Program-made: the position numbers and the translations under genes
The notes under the pieces: model-generated
Database searches by the model: none
What the model saw: the letters and a program-made list of their open reading frames with translations, nothing else
Told to the model about the DNA's origin: nothing
IMG/VR virus record: IMGVR_UViG_3300027686_001029
Direction: 5' to 3' (one strand)
From: a virus
DNA length: 64,000 nt
In this document: positions 36,866-46,511 of the stretch, piece after piece
Numbering within the stretch: the first letter of the stretch is position 1
Layout: every line of letters begins with the position of its first letter

Positions 36866-37905
36866 AACAGTTCTGAGAAATTATTGTGAACTTTATCTTG
36901 TGGTAAAATTCTTTTTATAGTATTAACGAAATCTTCATGGTTTCTATGGGAAGTATCAAATATATTATGCTCTTTAAATTCTTCTTCACTAAAAGTACCC
37001 CAATTAATAAGTCTACTAAAGTAAATATCCGATTTTTCTTTACATATACCAACTATTAGCTCAATAAAGTCTTCCATTTCATGATAATTACTATTTTGCA
37101 CAACAAAAGAGGTTTTTATATGTTTTAAGGTAGGAATGGTGTATATATAGTTTAAATTACTTATAAGTTCTTTCCATTTTCCTCCTAACCTTACTTTATT
37201 TTCATAAGTATTTTGAGTAGCTGCATCAATTGATACCTCAGTGCTCTTTACGTATTCATGTACGTTAGACATACTATTCCACATTTTTTTATTCCACTTA
37301 GTAGCGTTAGTATGAAGGTGTATCCAGTAGAGATTTGGATACTTACTTTTATCGAAGTTCTTTAAGAAGTTTCTAAATCCTACTGATACGAAAGGATCAC
37401 CGGTTCCTGTTAAAGACAGTAGTTGTACGTACTCTCCTAAACTCTCTTCTATCTCTTCTATAGTCTTTTGTACTTTAGTTATAGTTGACTTATTAGCAGT
37501 AATAATTTCCACTCTGCAGGTAGGGCATTTTAAATTGCAGGTATAATCAAAGGAATATTGAACCGTATTAGGGTATATAGGTTTACCTTGTTTATAGTCG
37601 TTAATTGTATTTTGTAAAGTATCAGGTAGCTTCCCTCTGTCTACCATTGGACGGATCACTTTAGGTGCAGTTTTGTCTCTTAAGCCGGAAAGTAGTGAAC
37701 AAAGATTTTCATCACAGTACCTATAAGAACCATCGAGAATAGAATCTCGAATTTCATTCGCTTCTTTAGAGTTCCAAGCTTCTAATGGTGATATGTTTTC
37801 TGGTAATTTTTTGCTAACCCAAGCAGGGCAACATAAAAAACTTGTTTTATCATGGACTTCTAAATTTACGAAAGGATTTGCACATATATAATCCTTTTTA
37901 TTCAT
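36862..37905 (-). CDS. radical SAM protein with N-terminal auxiliary Cys cluster
   Basis: CNLKCPTC, TGTGDPF, VSIDAA; N-terminal C..PF...CC...YC...C. Confidence 0.85.
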   Translation of the reverse strand: MNKKDYICANPFVNLEVHDKTSFLCCPAWVSKKLPENISPLEAWNSKEANEIRDSILDGSYRYCDENLCSLLSGLRDKTAPKVIRPMVDRGKLPDTLQNTINDYKQGKPIYPNTVQYSFDYTCNLKCPTCRVEIITANKSTITKVQKTIEEIEESLGEYVQLLSLTGTGDPFVSVGFRNFLKNFDKSKYPNLYWIHLHTNATKWNKKMWNSMSNVHEYVKSTEVSIDAATQNTYENKVRLGGKWKELISNLNYIYTIPTLKHIKTSFVVQNSNYHEMEDFIELIVGICKEKSDIYFSRLINWGTFSEEEFKEHNIFDTSHRNHEDFVNTIKRILPQDKVHNNFSELL

Positions 37906-38674
37906 GTATAAAGTATAAATCTTTACTTATAAATAACTTTATATAGTCATTTAAATCTTTTTGTTTAAAATGAGTTTCAAATTTTGCGTTAGATACTAAA
38001 GGCTCATACTTCTTAATATAAGCCTCTAGCGTTGTACCTTGATTTAAAAAATAATGCATTACAGGCGTTTCATCGCTTACTATTTCAATATCTTCTTCTT
38101 GATTTATTCTAATAAATTCCTCAGCTATGCTTAGATCTGAGCAGTATACAAAGGATGTGTTAGGAACTACTACGTTGTTTGCCCATTGCCAATTATATTT
38201 CTGGAGTACAGATTGGTGTTTATGTAAGTATTTTATATCTTCCCTGCTTATATCTTTCCATTCTTTAAGAACATACTCTTCGTAGTTATTAGGAAAACAA
38301 TAAAGAGGTATTTGAAGTTTACTGTTTTGCTCTTCTAACCTACTATAAAAATTAAAATCAAGTGGTTTCTGTTGGTAAATATCCCAGTCAAGAAATATAA
38401 TTTGTTCGTATAGCTCTACTCCAGTCTTTATAGCTACAAGCTTATGCAGGAAAAAAGTATGTGATTCATAGAAGTAGTGTGTTCCGTACTCATAAGGATC
38501 TTTAGACATTAATATAGCTTCATACCCAAAAGATTTAATAAAATCATAATTGCTTTCGCCCCATACGAACACTACTTCATCAAATCTTTGTTCTTTAGAG
38601 CATCTTATAATTTCTTTTCTTGGTTTACTATCATGATGTTCTAAATCTCCCCATAGGGCTCTAATAAATTTCAT
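37898..38674 (-). CDS. hypothetical protein, possibly GT-A-like
   Basis: HKL.AI...IIFLDWDI (DxD), PNTSFVY. Confidence 0.5.
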   Translation of the reverse strand: MKFIRALWGDLEHHDSKPRKEIIRCSKEQRFDEVVFVWGESNYDFIKSFGYEAILMSKDPYEYGTHYFYESHTFFLHKLVAIKTGVELYEQIIFLDWDIYQQKPLDFNFYSRLEEQNSKLQIPLYCFPNNYEEYVLKEWKDISREDIKYLHKHQSVLQKYNWQWANNVVVPNTSFVYCSDLSIAEEFIRINQEEDIEIVSDETPVMHYFLNQGTTLEAYIKKYEPLVSNAKFETHFKQKDLNDYIKLFISKDLYFIHE

Positions 38675-38702
38675 ATGATAGATTTAAGTATTTCCCAATA
38701 AT

Positions 38703-39518
38703 TTAAGAATAACCTAATTCTGCAGCAGTACTGTAGTCGACTAGTATTTTTTCTACATGTGCTTTCGCAACATTATAATCAACCGGTCCAGTTTCGTTCT
38801 CGTACTGTACAGGGTCATCCACACCGAGTGCGATAAAAGCTTCAATCCTTTCAACAGATGATGCTGATTTGTAATCGCTATTACCGCTAGGATAGGGCTT
38901 ATAAGAAGTATTAGTACGTTTGTACACTTCATTAAAAACAATTCCGAGCTCTTCAACCAATTGTTGTCCATCTTTTAATATTCCAAATTTGTCTGTTTCT
39001 AAATAAGGTGTAAAATACCCTACCTTATCTGCTTCCCAATTACCTAATCTAAAGGCATTGTCATCTGCATCTCTAAACTCTTGTCTACAGTCTGGATATA
39101 CTGCATGATCACCTGCATGTATACCTAATGCAATATCTGTATTATTACCATTAGCCATTGCTTCTGATAGAGCTACTGCTTGTACTAACGAAGCAAATAT
39201 TTTGTTTCTATTAGGTACTACTGTAGCTTTCATGTTATCCTGTTCATAATGACCTTCAGGTACATCTGCTCCTCCTTCAGTAAGTGCTGAATTTAGTAAG
39301 TTTACTAATCCGTCTAGTTTAATTACCTGGTACTTGATACCAAAATCTTTCTCATTTAGGTAATCTACTAACGATTGTGCTCTTTCAAGCTCTACTTTAT
39401 GCTTTTGACCGTAATCGAAAGATATTGCAGTTACATTGTCATACTCTGATAAACATCTGAGTAGTAAAGTAGAGGAATCCATCCCTCCCGATAAGGATAT
39501 TACAACATTTTTTGCCAT
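38703..39518 (-). CDS. queC: 7-cyano-7-deazaguanine synthase
   Basis: SLSGGMDSSTL, FDYGQKH, TVVPNRNKIF, HAGDHAVYPDCRQEF. Confidence 0.92.
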   Translation of the reverse strand: MAKNVVISLSGGMDSSTLLLRCLSEYDNVTAISFDYGQKHKVELERAQSLVDYLNEKDFGIKYQVIKLDGLVNLLNSALTEGGADVPEGHYEQDNMKATVVPNRNKIFASLVQAVALSEAMANGNNTDIALGIHAGDHAVYPDCRQEFRDADDNAFRLGNWEADKVGYFTPYLETDKFGILKDGQQLVEELGIVFNEVYKRTNTSYKPYPSGNSDYKSASSVERIEAFIALGVDDPVQYENETGPVDYNVAKAHVEKILVDYSTAAELGYS

Positions 39519-39573
39519 TTGTATAAATTTAATTTTTGCCAGGTATTAATAAGGATATAGGCGAATCCTATTT

Positions 39574-39876
39574 TTAAAAGTTAAATCTACTACTTATCTC
39601 GTTATGTATAGTTTCATATCTATTAACATATTGATTTAAATCGTATACTTTACTTTCTCCATTATTAAGTCTCTCTTTTACTACTGTTTTTAAAGCAGCA
39701 TTGAAGTTAGAAGGGTAGCTAATAGTTTTAATATACTCTGTTTTATTCTCTCCCTTAATAACTCTTTCGTAGACTGTATAACCTCCTGATTGAGATTTAG
39801 CAATAAAAAAAGGTTCCATTACTTTATCTTGTATAACTGTATCCCCAGAAGGAATACTATTTGGGTTTCTTAACAT
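39574..39876 (-). CDS. hypothetical protein
   Basis: operon-packed ORF. Confidence 0.6.
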   Translation of the reverse strand: MLRNPNSIPSGDTVIQDKVMEPFFIAKSQSGGYTVYERVIKGENKTEYIKTISYPSNFNAALKTVVKERLNNGESKVYDLNQYVNRYETIHNEISSRFNF

Positions 39877-39880
39877 ATTA

Positions 39881-40141
39881 TTACGTGTTTATTAGTTTAA
39901 TTAATGCATTTTTATCTAATCTACCTTGTACTAAATTAACTCTATTATCCTCTTTAATTATTAAAGTAGCAGGAATATTAGAGACTTTATATTTAGCAGC
40001 AAAACCTGTAGTATCTTTATCAATATTTACTTCAGAAAATTCATGTTCATCTTTTAACTCTTCTGCAACTATACTAAAAGTCTTCGCATACAGTTTACAG
40101 GGGCCACACCAATTGGCGTATACTTTAATTACCTTTGCCAT
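39881..40141 (-). CDS. thioredoxin
   Basis: WCGPC, IPATL. Confidence 0.92.
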   Translation of the reverse strand: MAKVIKVYANWCGPCKLYAKTFSIVAEELKDEHEFSEVNIDKDTTGFAAKYKVSNIPATLIIKEDNRVNLVQGRLDKNALIKLINT

Positions 40142-40146
40142 AATTA

Positions 40147-40275
40147 TTATTTTTTATTGTAAGTGTCTGCTTTAGAGAAGCGTTTTTGTCTACTTTCAGT
40201 TTTAACAGTTGGTCTATTTACTGCTAACCATTCTTTGAGTTGAGTAATTCTTTGTTTTGCGGAGTTTCTTGACAT
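40147..40275 (-). CDS. 42-aa basic protein (not in ORF track)
   Basis: hand translation MSRNSAKQRITQLKEWLAV...; promoter and AAGTTAT leader upstream. Confidence 0.5.
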   Translation of the reverse strand: MSRNSAKQRITQLKEWLAVNRPTVKTESRQKRFSKADTYNKK

Positions 40276-40324
40276 ATTTATAACTTATTTGTTTATATTA
40301 ATATACGAAATAATTATTAATCTA

Positions 40325-40858
40325 TCAACTAAATCTACCGTAAAATTGACTTGATCCAGTAAATGTAGTTAAAGTGATAGATAGTGGGTTATCTGTAGAT
40401 ACTGCTGAACCTCCTGAACTTGCATGAAACCATCCACCAAAGGTTGTTGGATATACTGGGTTAGCTTTTATAGTAAAGTTAGGATATGTATTAAAATTAA
40501 CTTTTTGAGCAATTGAACTAGTAACTGGTCCGGCTGCAATGGGATAGGTTACTTCAACAGTAGAGTTCCTACCGCTTGAATCTGTAGCAAATACATCAAA
40601 GTATCTAGTTGCAGGGTTAGCATTTCCTATAACATTTAAACTACCAGTTGTATTAATACATGCATTGTCTTTTGATCGTCCCCAAAATACATTATAAGCA
40701 TCAGGTATATCATTTATTGTAACGCCTGAACCTGTTAATGCTGAAGCAGAAACTATCGTTATTAGGTTACTAGCAGTAATAGCAGTATGGTATATTTCTA
40801 TAGTTGTTAAATCGAAACCTAATGATCCACTTTCTCGTATGTTAATTGACTTGCTCAT
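40325..40858 (-). CDS. Ser/Thr-rich beta-sandwich protein, probably virion-associated
   Basis: Ig-like composition, FGGW....GG motif; late-type motif upstream. Confidence 0.5.
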   Translation of the reverse strand: MSKSINIRESGSLGFDLTTIEIYHTAITASNLITIVSASALTGSGVTINDIPDAYNVFWGRSKDNACINTTGSLNVIGNANPATRYFDVFATDSSGRNSTVEVTYPIAAGPVTSSIAQKVNFNTYPNFTIKANPVYPTTFGGWFHASSGGSAVSTDNPLSITLTTFTGSSQFYGRFS

Positions 40859-40880
40859 ATAATATAAATAGCTTATTTAT

Positions 40881-42596
40881 TTAACCATCACAGCTTAAAC
40901 AGTTCTCATCCGTTCTACTTCCAATGTCTCCGTTGATTACACTATCAGTACGTAGGTAATATAGTGTTTTTATTCCTAATCTCCAAGCTGTTTGATGTAC
41001 TTCGTTAATAAACTTAGGACTATCCGTAGGATCGAAAGCTAAATTAAGAGATTGTGTTTGATCTATATACTTTTGTCTAGCTGCTGCCTGTTCTACTAAC
41101 TGCAATTGATTTATTTCTGCAAAAGTAAGAAATATAGGTTTATCTTCATGTGGCATAACACTTTCAGGTAGATTAGCTATAGACCCTCTATCTTTCATTA
41201 TTTGATCCCATACTTCTTCTGTGTTTGATCCTTTTCCTTCAAGGTAAGACTCTAAAGCTGAGTTTTTTCTTATAAATGTTCCTTTAGCTGAATTAAACGT
41301 AAATATGTTAGCTGGTATTGGTTCGATTCCTGCAGATATTCCTCCTACGATCGTACTATTAGAAACTGTTGGTGCTATAGCTAGAGTATGGGTATTTCTC
41401 ATTCCAGTTCCTCTACACCAAAGAGGTTCCCCGTACTCGTCTGCTAACTTTCTTGAAGCTGCTTCTGATTGGTTTTTTATTTGTGAAAATATCTGATGAG
41501 TATAAGAGGTAGCAGCTAAAGATGCGAAAGGAATTCTTTCGTTCTGTAAGAATGTATGCCATCCCAGTACTCCGAGTCCAATAGCTCTTCCTTTTTTAGC
41601 TGATCTTGCTGCTCTTACTAGTGATTCTCTTCCTGATACTTTATCAAGAAACTCTTCTAGTACTCCGTCTAAAAAGTATATAGCAGTTTCTATTAAATCG
41701 CTATTTTTCCATTCATGCCATTTAGTTAGATTAACTGAAGATAAACAGCATATAAACGAATGCTCTTCGTCTGTGTGGAGTGTAATCTCTGAGCATATAT
41801 TAGTCATACTTACATCCAAGTTGTTCTTTTTATATGCAGCAGGATTTGCATTATTAACATTATCCTTAAACATAATATAGGGTTCACCTGTTTCCATTCG
41901 AGACTTCAGTATAGTCACCCATAATTCCATTGCATCAGGGTCTCTATGCTCTAATTTTTGCATATATGTATCATCCACTACAACACATTGATGTAGGTTT
42001 AGACACTGTCTATTAGGGTCTCCTTTAGGTCTTCTTATCTCTAGAAACTCTTTAATATCTGGATGATTAATGTCTAGGTTTACAGAAGCGGCTCCTCTTC
42101 TTACTGCACCTTGATTAGTTGCAATAATAGTAGAATCATAAATCTTTGCCCAAGGAATAACTCCTTCTGATTGTCCTATTCCTTCTCTTCCGATCTGTTC
42201 TCCTCTACCTCTTACTTTAGATAGTCCAATTCCAACTCCTCCTCCTAAAGAAGTAAGTCTCATTAGTTCAGCATTAGTAAGACCTATTCCTCTTATTGAA
42301 TCTGGGGTATCTATACCGAAACAAGAGATTGGGAGTCCCTTATCTGTACCGGTATTAGATAAAACAGGTGAGGCTAAGTTCAACCAACCTTTCCACATAT
42401 AGCGGAAAAACTTATTCGCTAGATCAGGTCGATCTAATCTTTTGGCAATTGTATCTGCAACACGTTTATATGCCTTTTTTGGAGTTTCGTCCGGTAGTAA
42501 GTAACCTTTCGATATTGTTGCTAATGAAACTTCATTCATCCACTCAGGATAATCTTTACCTACCTCCCAAGTTGCAGTGTCTACGTCTATTCCCAT
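40881..42596 (-). CDS. nrdA: ribonucleotide reductase class I alpha subunit (no ATP cone)
   Basis: ASPVLSN, ISCF, GGGVG, TNICSEI, AIAPT, KTLYY, C-terminal CLSCDG. Confidence 0.95.
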   Translation of the reverse strand: MGIDVDTATWEVGKDYPEWMNEVSLATISKGYLLPDETPKKAYKRVADTIAKRLDRPDLANKFFRYMWKGWLNLASPVLSNTGTDKGLPISCFGIDTPDSIRGIGLTNAELMRLTSLGGGVGIGLSKVRGRGEQIGREGIGQSEGVIPWAKIYDSTIIATNQGAVRRGAASVNLDINHPDIKEFLEIRRPKGDPNRQCLNLHQCVVVDDTYMQKLEHRDPDAMELWVTILKSRMETGEPYIMFKDNVNNANPAAYKKNNLDVSMTNICSEITLHTDEEHSFICCLSSVNLTKWHEWKNSDLIETAIYFLDGVLEEFLDKVSGRESLVRAARSAKKGRAIGLGVLGWHTFLQNERIPFASLAATSYTHQIFSQIKNQSEAASRKLADEYGEPLWCRGTGMRNTHTLAIAPTVSNSTIVGGISAGIEPIPANIFTFNSAKGTFIRKNSALESYLEGKGSNTEEVWDQIMKDRGSIANLPESVMPHEDKPIFLTFAEINQLQLVEQAAARQKYIDQTQSLNLAFDPTDSPKFINEVHQTAWRLGIKTLYYLRTDSVINGDIGSRTDENCLSCDG

Positions 42597-42604
42597 AATT
42601 TATT

Positions 42605-43582
42605 TTAAAATGCTGTTGACCAGTCTAAATGACCTTTACTATAATTTGTTACTCTACTTGCAAAGAAATCTGTTTGTTGTTTACCTGCGATGACTGCATC
42701 AAACCATTTCATAGTTTTTAATGCTCCTTTATCAATATCTTCTGATGGAATAATAGGTGTTAGCCCTAAGTCACTCATTTTGATATTAACTCTATGTCTA
42801 ATAAAGTTTTTTAATTCGTCTTTAGTTAAATTTTCTAAATCTCCCATTTCGAATGTCTTATCAATAAAGTCAAATTCTAATTTTATTGCTAATAGTGCTG
42901 CTTCTTCTATTTCTTTAATTAACTTTTTAGTTTTGAATTCAGGATGCTCCTCCATTAAAGTTCTAAATAACCAACATCCAGCGTTAGAGTGTAAAGATTC
43001 ATCTCTCACTGACCATTCTACTATTTGTCCTACTCCTTTTAACTTATTTCTCATTTTAAAAGAAAGTAAAACAGCAAAGGAAGAAAATAAATTAACACCT
43101 TCTGTAAATGCAGAAAAAATTGCAAGTGATTTAGCTCTTTCATGCCAGTTTGCAGTACCATCATGATTATCTCTAACATTCATTAAAGATTCTATTTTAG
43201 CCATAGTAGCTTCATCTTGTAGGAATTCTGAGAAGTCATCTAATCCTAATTGCTCATTTAGTAAAGAGTATGCCTCAGCATGAATAGTTTCTGATGAACC
43301 TAAAGTTGTGCCCATCATAATTATTTCAGGTTTTCTGAACCATTTAGTTACTAAGGTAGACCAGTAGTCGTTTACTATAGTTTCAGTTTGTGCAAATCCT
43401 TTTAGTATTTGACCTATTACGTTTTTTTCGTATGGTTTTAAATTACTTTTCCAGTCTGTTACATCATTTGCCATTGGTACCTCTGTATGTAGCCAGTGTG
43501 CTTGTTGTTGTTTTAACCAGTAGTCGTATGCCTGTGGGTATTCAAACGGTTTATAAACAATTCTTTCATTAAGTAAACTCAT
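42605..43582 (-). CDS. nrdB: ribonucleotide reductase class I beta subunit
   Basis: YKPFEYP, ETIHAEAYS, EGVNLFSSF, RDESLH, TDFF..RVTNY. Confidence 0.95.
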   Translation of the reverse strand: MSLLNERIVYKPFEYPQAYDYWLKQQQAHWLHTEVPMANDVTDWKSNLKPYEKNVIGQILKGFAQTETIVNDYWSTLVTKWFRKPEIIMMGTTLGSSETIHAEAYSLLNEQLGLDDFSEFLQDEATMAKIESLMNVRDNHDGTANWHERAKSLAIFSAFTEGVNLFSSFAVLLSFKMRNKLKGVGQIVEWSVRDESLHSNAGCWLFRTLMEEHPEFKTKKLIKEIEEAALLAIKLEFDFIDKTFEMGDLENLTKDELKNFIRHRVNIKMSDLGLTPIIPSEDIDKGALKTMKWFDAVIAGKQQTDFFASRVTNYSKGHLDWSTAF

Positions 43583-43619
43583 ATATCTTTATATATTATT
43601 GATTGATTTAGACAAGAAA

Positions 43620-43646
43620 TCCTCGATAATCTTTGACTGTCGAGGA
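43620..43646 (-). terminator. hairpin after the helicase gene, possible terminator
   Basis: TCCTCGA...TCGAGGA followed by TTTCTT. Confidence 0.5.
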
Positions 43647-43688
43647 CATTTAATAAATAGAATATATATTCTACTTTCGCCCTAAAAA

Positions 43689-45041
43689 TTATAGTTTTTT
43701 ATCAAATACTTTATTCATTACATCTTTATCCAAATTATACTTCGGAGTATTTTCATCAGCAATTAAATCTTGTGCTGACATTTTCTCTAAAAATTCTATC
43801 CTACCGTTATTAGTATCCATTTTTATGTTATAAGTCATACCGTCTTGGCCGTATCTATTTTTCATGACGTGTATTCTTCCTGTTCCAAGTACTTTATCTT
43901 CTTTCTGACGTGATAAGGATATACATAGGTCTGCTACCATCATCTTATCGTAAGATCCTGCTGCTTTATCTCCTTCTATAATTGTATCTTTAGCTCCCAT
44001 TCTATTAACTTGGGAAGGAGTAATAATAGGTATTTTTAATTCCTTAGCTAATCCTTTAGTTGCAATAAATACATCATCAATTTCATCTTTACGTTCTGCA
44101 AACTTATTTCCTTTAGAGGGTGCTCGTAAGTAGTCTACATAGTCAATAACAACTAAGTCTGGTTTATGTTCCATATCCATACATTTTTGAATGTGTGACT
44201 TAATAGTGTTAACTGTAGCTCCTTTTGGAGGGTACTCCTTAACTATTAACTTACCTTTAAGGTTATCTACGTACTTCTGTACTTCCTCACGGTGTTGATT
44301 AACTTCATCGATAGAGTATCCTGTAAAATAGCAGTCAAAGCGCTTGCCAACGTAGTCTTCTCCGAGTTCCAAAGTGTAATAATTAACGTTGTACCCAAGG
44401 CTAACAGCGTGAGCAGCAATAGCAACCATAGTCCACGACTTACCGCCACCAGGATTACCAAATACAATACCAAGGTCCCCAGGTCCGAACCCTCCTTGAA
44501 TAGCATCGTTAAAGATAGGCCAAGGAGTAGCAACAGTAGGACGATAGTCAGTTCTATACCGCGTTTCAACATCTTTATTATATTCATGTCCAATATTTTT
44601 ATCCATCCCGGCTTTCATTGCAGTTTCGATTGTATTTCTTATACCGTCGAAATCACCAGCTTTTAATAAGTCTGCTGAGTTAAGGATAGCGTGTTTCATT
44701 TCTTGATTCTTACAGAAAGTTGTAAATTCTTCCTGTACATATTCTAAGTCATCTTGAGATGCCTCATAAGAAGTTCTTAATTCTTCTTTTAATGCAACTA
44801 TCAACACTTCGTTTTCAACTTTTTGTAGCTCTACTTTGAGTACATCCATTGTTACAACGGTGTGGTACTTATCAAAGTATTCTGTAATCTTATTAATAAT
44901 CCACTTATGTGAATCTGCATCAAAATACTCCTCTCTAATTGTATCTCTAACATTTAAAAGAAAGGTCTTATCCGTAAGGAGAGAACCTAAAACTTTTAAC
45001 TGGAAACCTTTACCGTACTCTTGAAGTCTTTTTAATGTCAT
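43689..45041 (-). CDS. replicative SF4 helicase (DnaB/gp41-like)
   Basis: GNPGGGKS, YTLEL, VVIDYVD, SQVNR, KNRYG. Confidence 0.93.
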   Translation of the reverse strand: MTLKRLQEYGKGFQLKVLGSLLTDKTFLLNVRDTIREEYFDADSHKWIINKITEYFDKYHTVVTMDVLKVELQKVENEVLIVALKEELRTSYEASQDDLEYVQEEFTTFCKNQEMKHAILNSADLLKAGDFDGIRNTIETAMKAGMDKNIGHEYNKDVETRYRTDYRPTVATPWPIFNDAIQGGFGPGDLGIVFGNPGGGKSWTMVAIAAHAVSLGYNVNYYTLELGEDYVGKRFDCYFTGYSIDEVNQHREEVQKYVDNLKGKLIVKEYPPKGATVNTIKSHIQKCMDMEHKPDLVVIDYVDYLRAPSKGNKFAERKDEIDDVFIATKGLAKELKIPIITPSQVNRMGAKDTIIEGDKAAGSYDKMMVADLCISLSRQKEDKVLGTGRIHVMKNRYGQDGMTYNIKMDTNNGRIEFLEKMSAQDLIADENTPKYNLDKDVMNKVFDKKL

Positions 45042-45070
45042 ATAACCGTTTTATTATTCTATAAATATAA

Positions 45071-45493
45071 TTAATTTTTGTCTAATAGCCAACTACTTGA
45101 CTGTATCTTTTGCCCTAATCCGTCAATTAACTTTATCCCTAATTCTTTACATATTAATGATTCAGGAATAGTATCATTATTCTGGTCTCCTCCATTAGCA
45201 AAAGATAGTACGTGAGTTTCACCATATATAGCATGTACTTCTTTTAAACTTTGAATTTGAGTTTTATCAATATCCACAGATACCATAGCCCAGTCAACAT
45301 ATTTTATTGCTTTAATAATTGTTAACCTTTCTTCTTCGAGTTGAAATTCTTTAGAACCTTTTAAATACCTTTGCAAGTCTGAGTTAACTATTACTATTAG
45401 CATATCTCCTACTCCTTTAGCAATCTCTAATAATTCTAAATGACCTTTATGAATGGGGTTAAAATACCCGCTAACTATTGTTGCTTTTTTCAT
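45071..45493 (-). CDS. cytidylyltransferase-like protein (HxGH)
   Basis: SGYFNPIHKGH, IVIVNSD, FANGGD, SSSWL. Confidence 0.88.
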   Translation of the reverse strand: MKKATIVSGYFNPIHKGHLELLEIAKGVGDMLIVIVNSDLQRYLKGSKEFQLEEERLTIIKAIKYVDWAMVSVDIDKTQIQSLKEVHAIYGETHVLSFANGGDQNNDTIPESLICKELGIKLIDGLGQKIQSSSWLLDKN

Positions 45494-46511
45494 TTACCGT
45501 TGTTAATCTTCTAAAATTTTCTAGCCAACCTTCTGTGTTCTTAGTTATACCTTCTATCTTATCTATTTCTAGTAAAGATAAAAATACTCCTACTCGCAGG
45601 GTAGGAATGGGAGCTTTAATAACCTCCATAACATGCTCTTTTTCTTTATCGTCAAGTACAGTTTTATGCAAGTCCATTAATTCAAAATTGGTTTCAACTC
45701 TATCCCATTCTGTGATAATCTTAGGAAATATTTTTTTACCGTCTAATTTTCCTTCACAGACTTCGTAAACATACTCTAAACCAGTATTAGGTTCAGTAAC
45801 TAATTTAGGGAACTCTTTAATTATTGTTTTTATCCCTAATCCTTTTACTCCTGCTAAATTATCAGAATTATCACCTAATAAAGCTTTTACAACGTTGTAG
45901 TTGGTAACGTCTACTTTTAATTCTTCAGCTATATTATCCTTAGTAAACAGTACTTTTCTAATAGGAGAGTATACTTCTACTGTATCGTCTACAAGTTGTA
46001 GGAAATCTTTATCTGAAGATACTATTGTTAATTTTTTAGAATTAGAAAATGATGCTTGTTTACCTATATAGGCTATAATATCATCTGCTTCAAGTTTGTC
46101 AAGTATAATTTGCTGGACTGGTAGGTGTTCTATATAGTCCATAGTCCTATAAAGCTGTGCTATTAATGCTTCTGTTTCTTCAGCTTTAGTATCATATAAC
46201 CCCCAATGTGTTATCCTATTAGTAGCTCGATTAGCTTTATAGTTAGGATCAATATTTTTCCTATTACCTGATCCTCCTTTTCCATCCCATACTATTACAA
46301 CTCTTGTAGGATCAAAAGTACGTGTAACGTAACCAAGAGAACGCAAGAAGCCAACCAGACCTCCTATATGGTGGCCTGATGGATTCATTGCCTTAAGAAG
46401 AGAAAAACTACGAATTAACATATTCATAGCATCGATCACTAAAATGTGGTCGTTCACTTCTCGGGGCGGGGTCTCTTTTAAGTTATTAAGTATATTACTA
46501 TAGTTTGCCAT
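45471..46511 (-). CDS. 5'-3' exonuclease / flap endonuclease (RNase H-like)
   Basis: LVIDAMN, VWDG, YKANR, EADD, SSDKDFLQL, GDNSDNLAGVKGLG. Confidence 0.92.
   Translation of the reverse strand: MANYSNILNNLKETPPREVNDHILVIDAMNMLIRSFSLLKAMNPSGHHIGGLVGFLRSLGYVTRTFDPTRVVIVWDGKGGSGNRKNIDPNYKANRATNRITHWGLYDTKAEETEALIAQLYRTMDYIEHLPVQQIILDKLEADDIIAYIGKQASFSNSKKLTIVSSDKDFLQLVDDTVEVYSPIRKVLFTKDNIAEELKVDVTNYNVVKALLGDNSDNLAGVKGLGIKTIIKEFPKLVTEPNTGLEYVYEVCEGKLDGKKIFPKIITEWDRVETNFELMDLHKTVLDDKEKEHVMEVIKAPIPTLRVGVFLSLLEIDKIEGITKNTEGWLENFRRLTTVNEKSNNS

Noticed and set aside
25390-39518. tRNA queuosine pathway as the purpose of the que genes
   Set aside because: No queA, queG or queH in the window, the TGT-fold protein lacks the tRNA-binding Zn domain, and a PurN paralog is adjacent; not fully excluded
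41315-41335. GGTTCGATTCC T-loop-like string
   Set aside because: Inside nrdA on the antisense strand; no cloverleaf
21194-45041. Inteins, introns or homing endonucleases in polA, nrdAB or the helicase
   Set aside because: Normal lengths, contiguous motifs, no splice-junction or LAGLIDADG/HNH signatures seen
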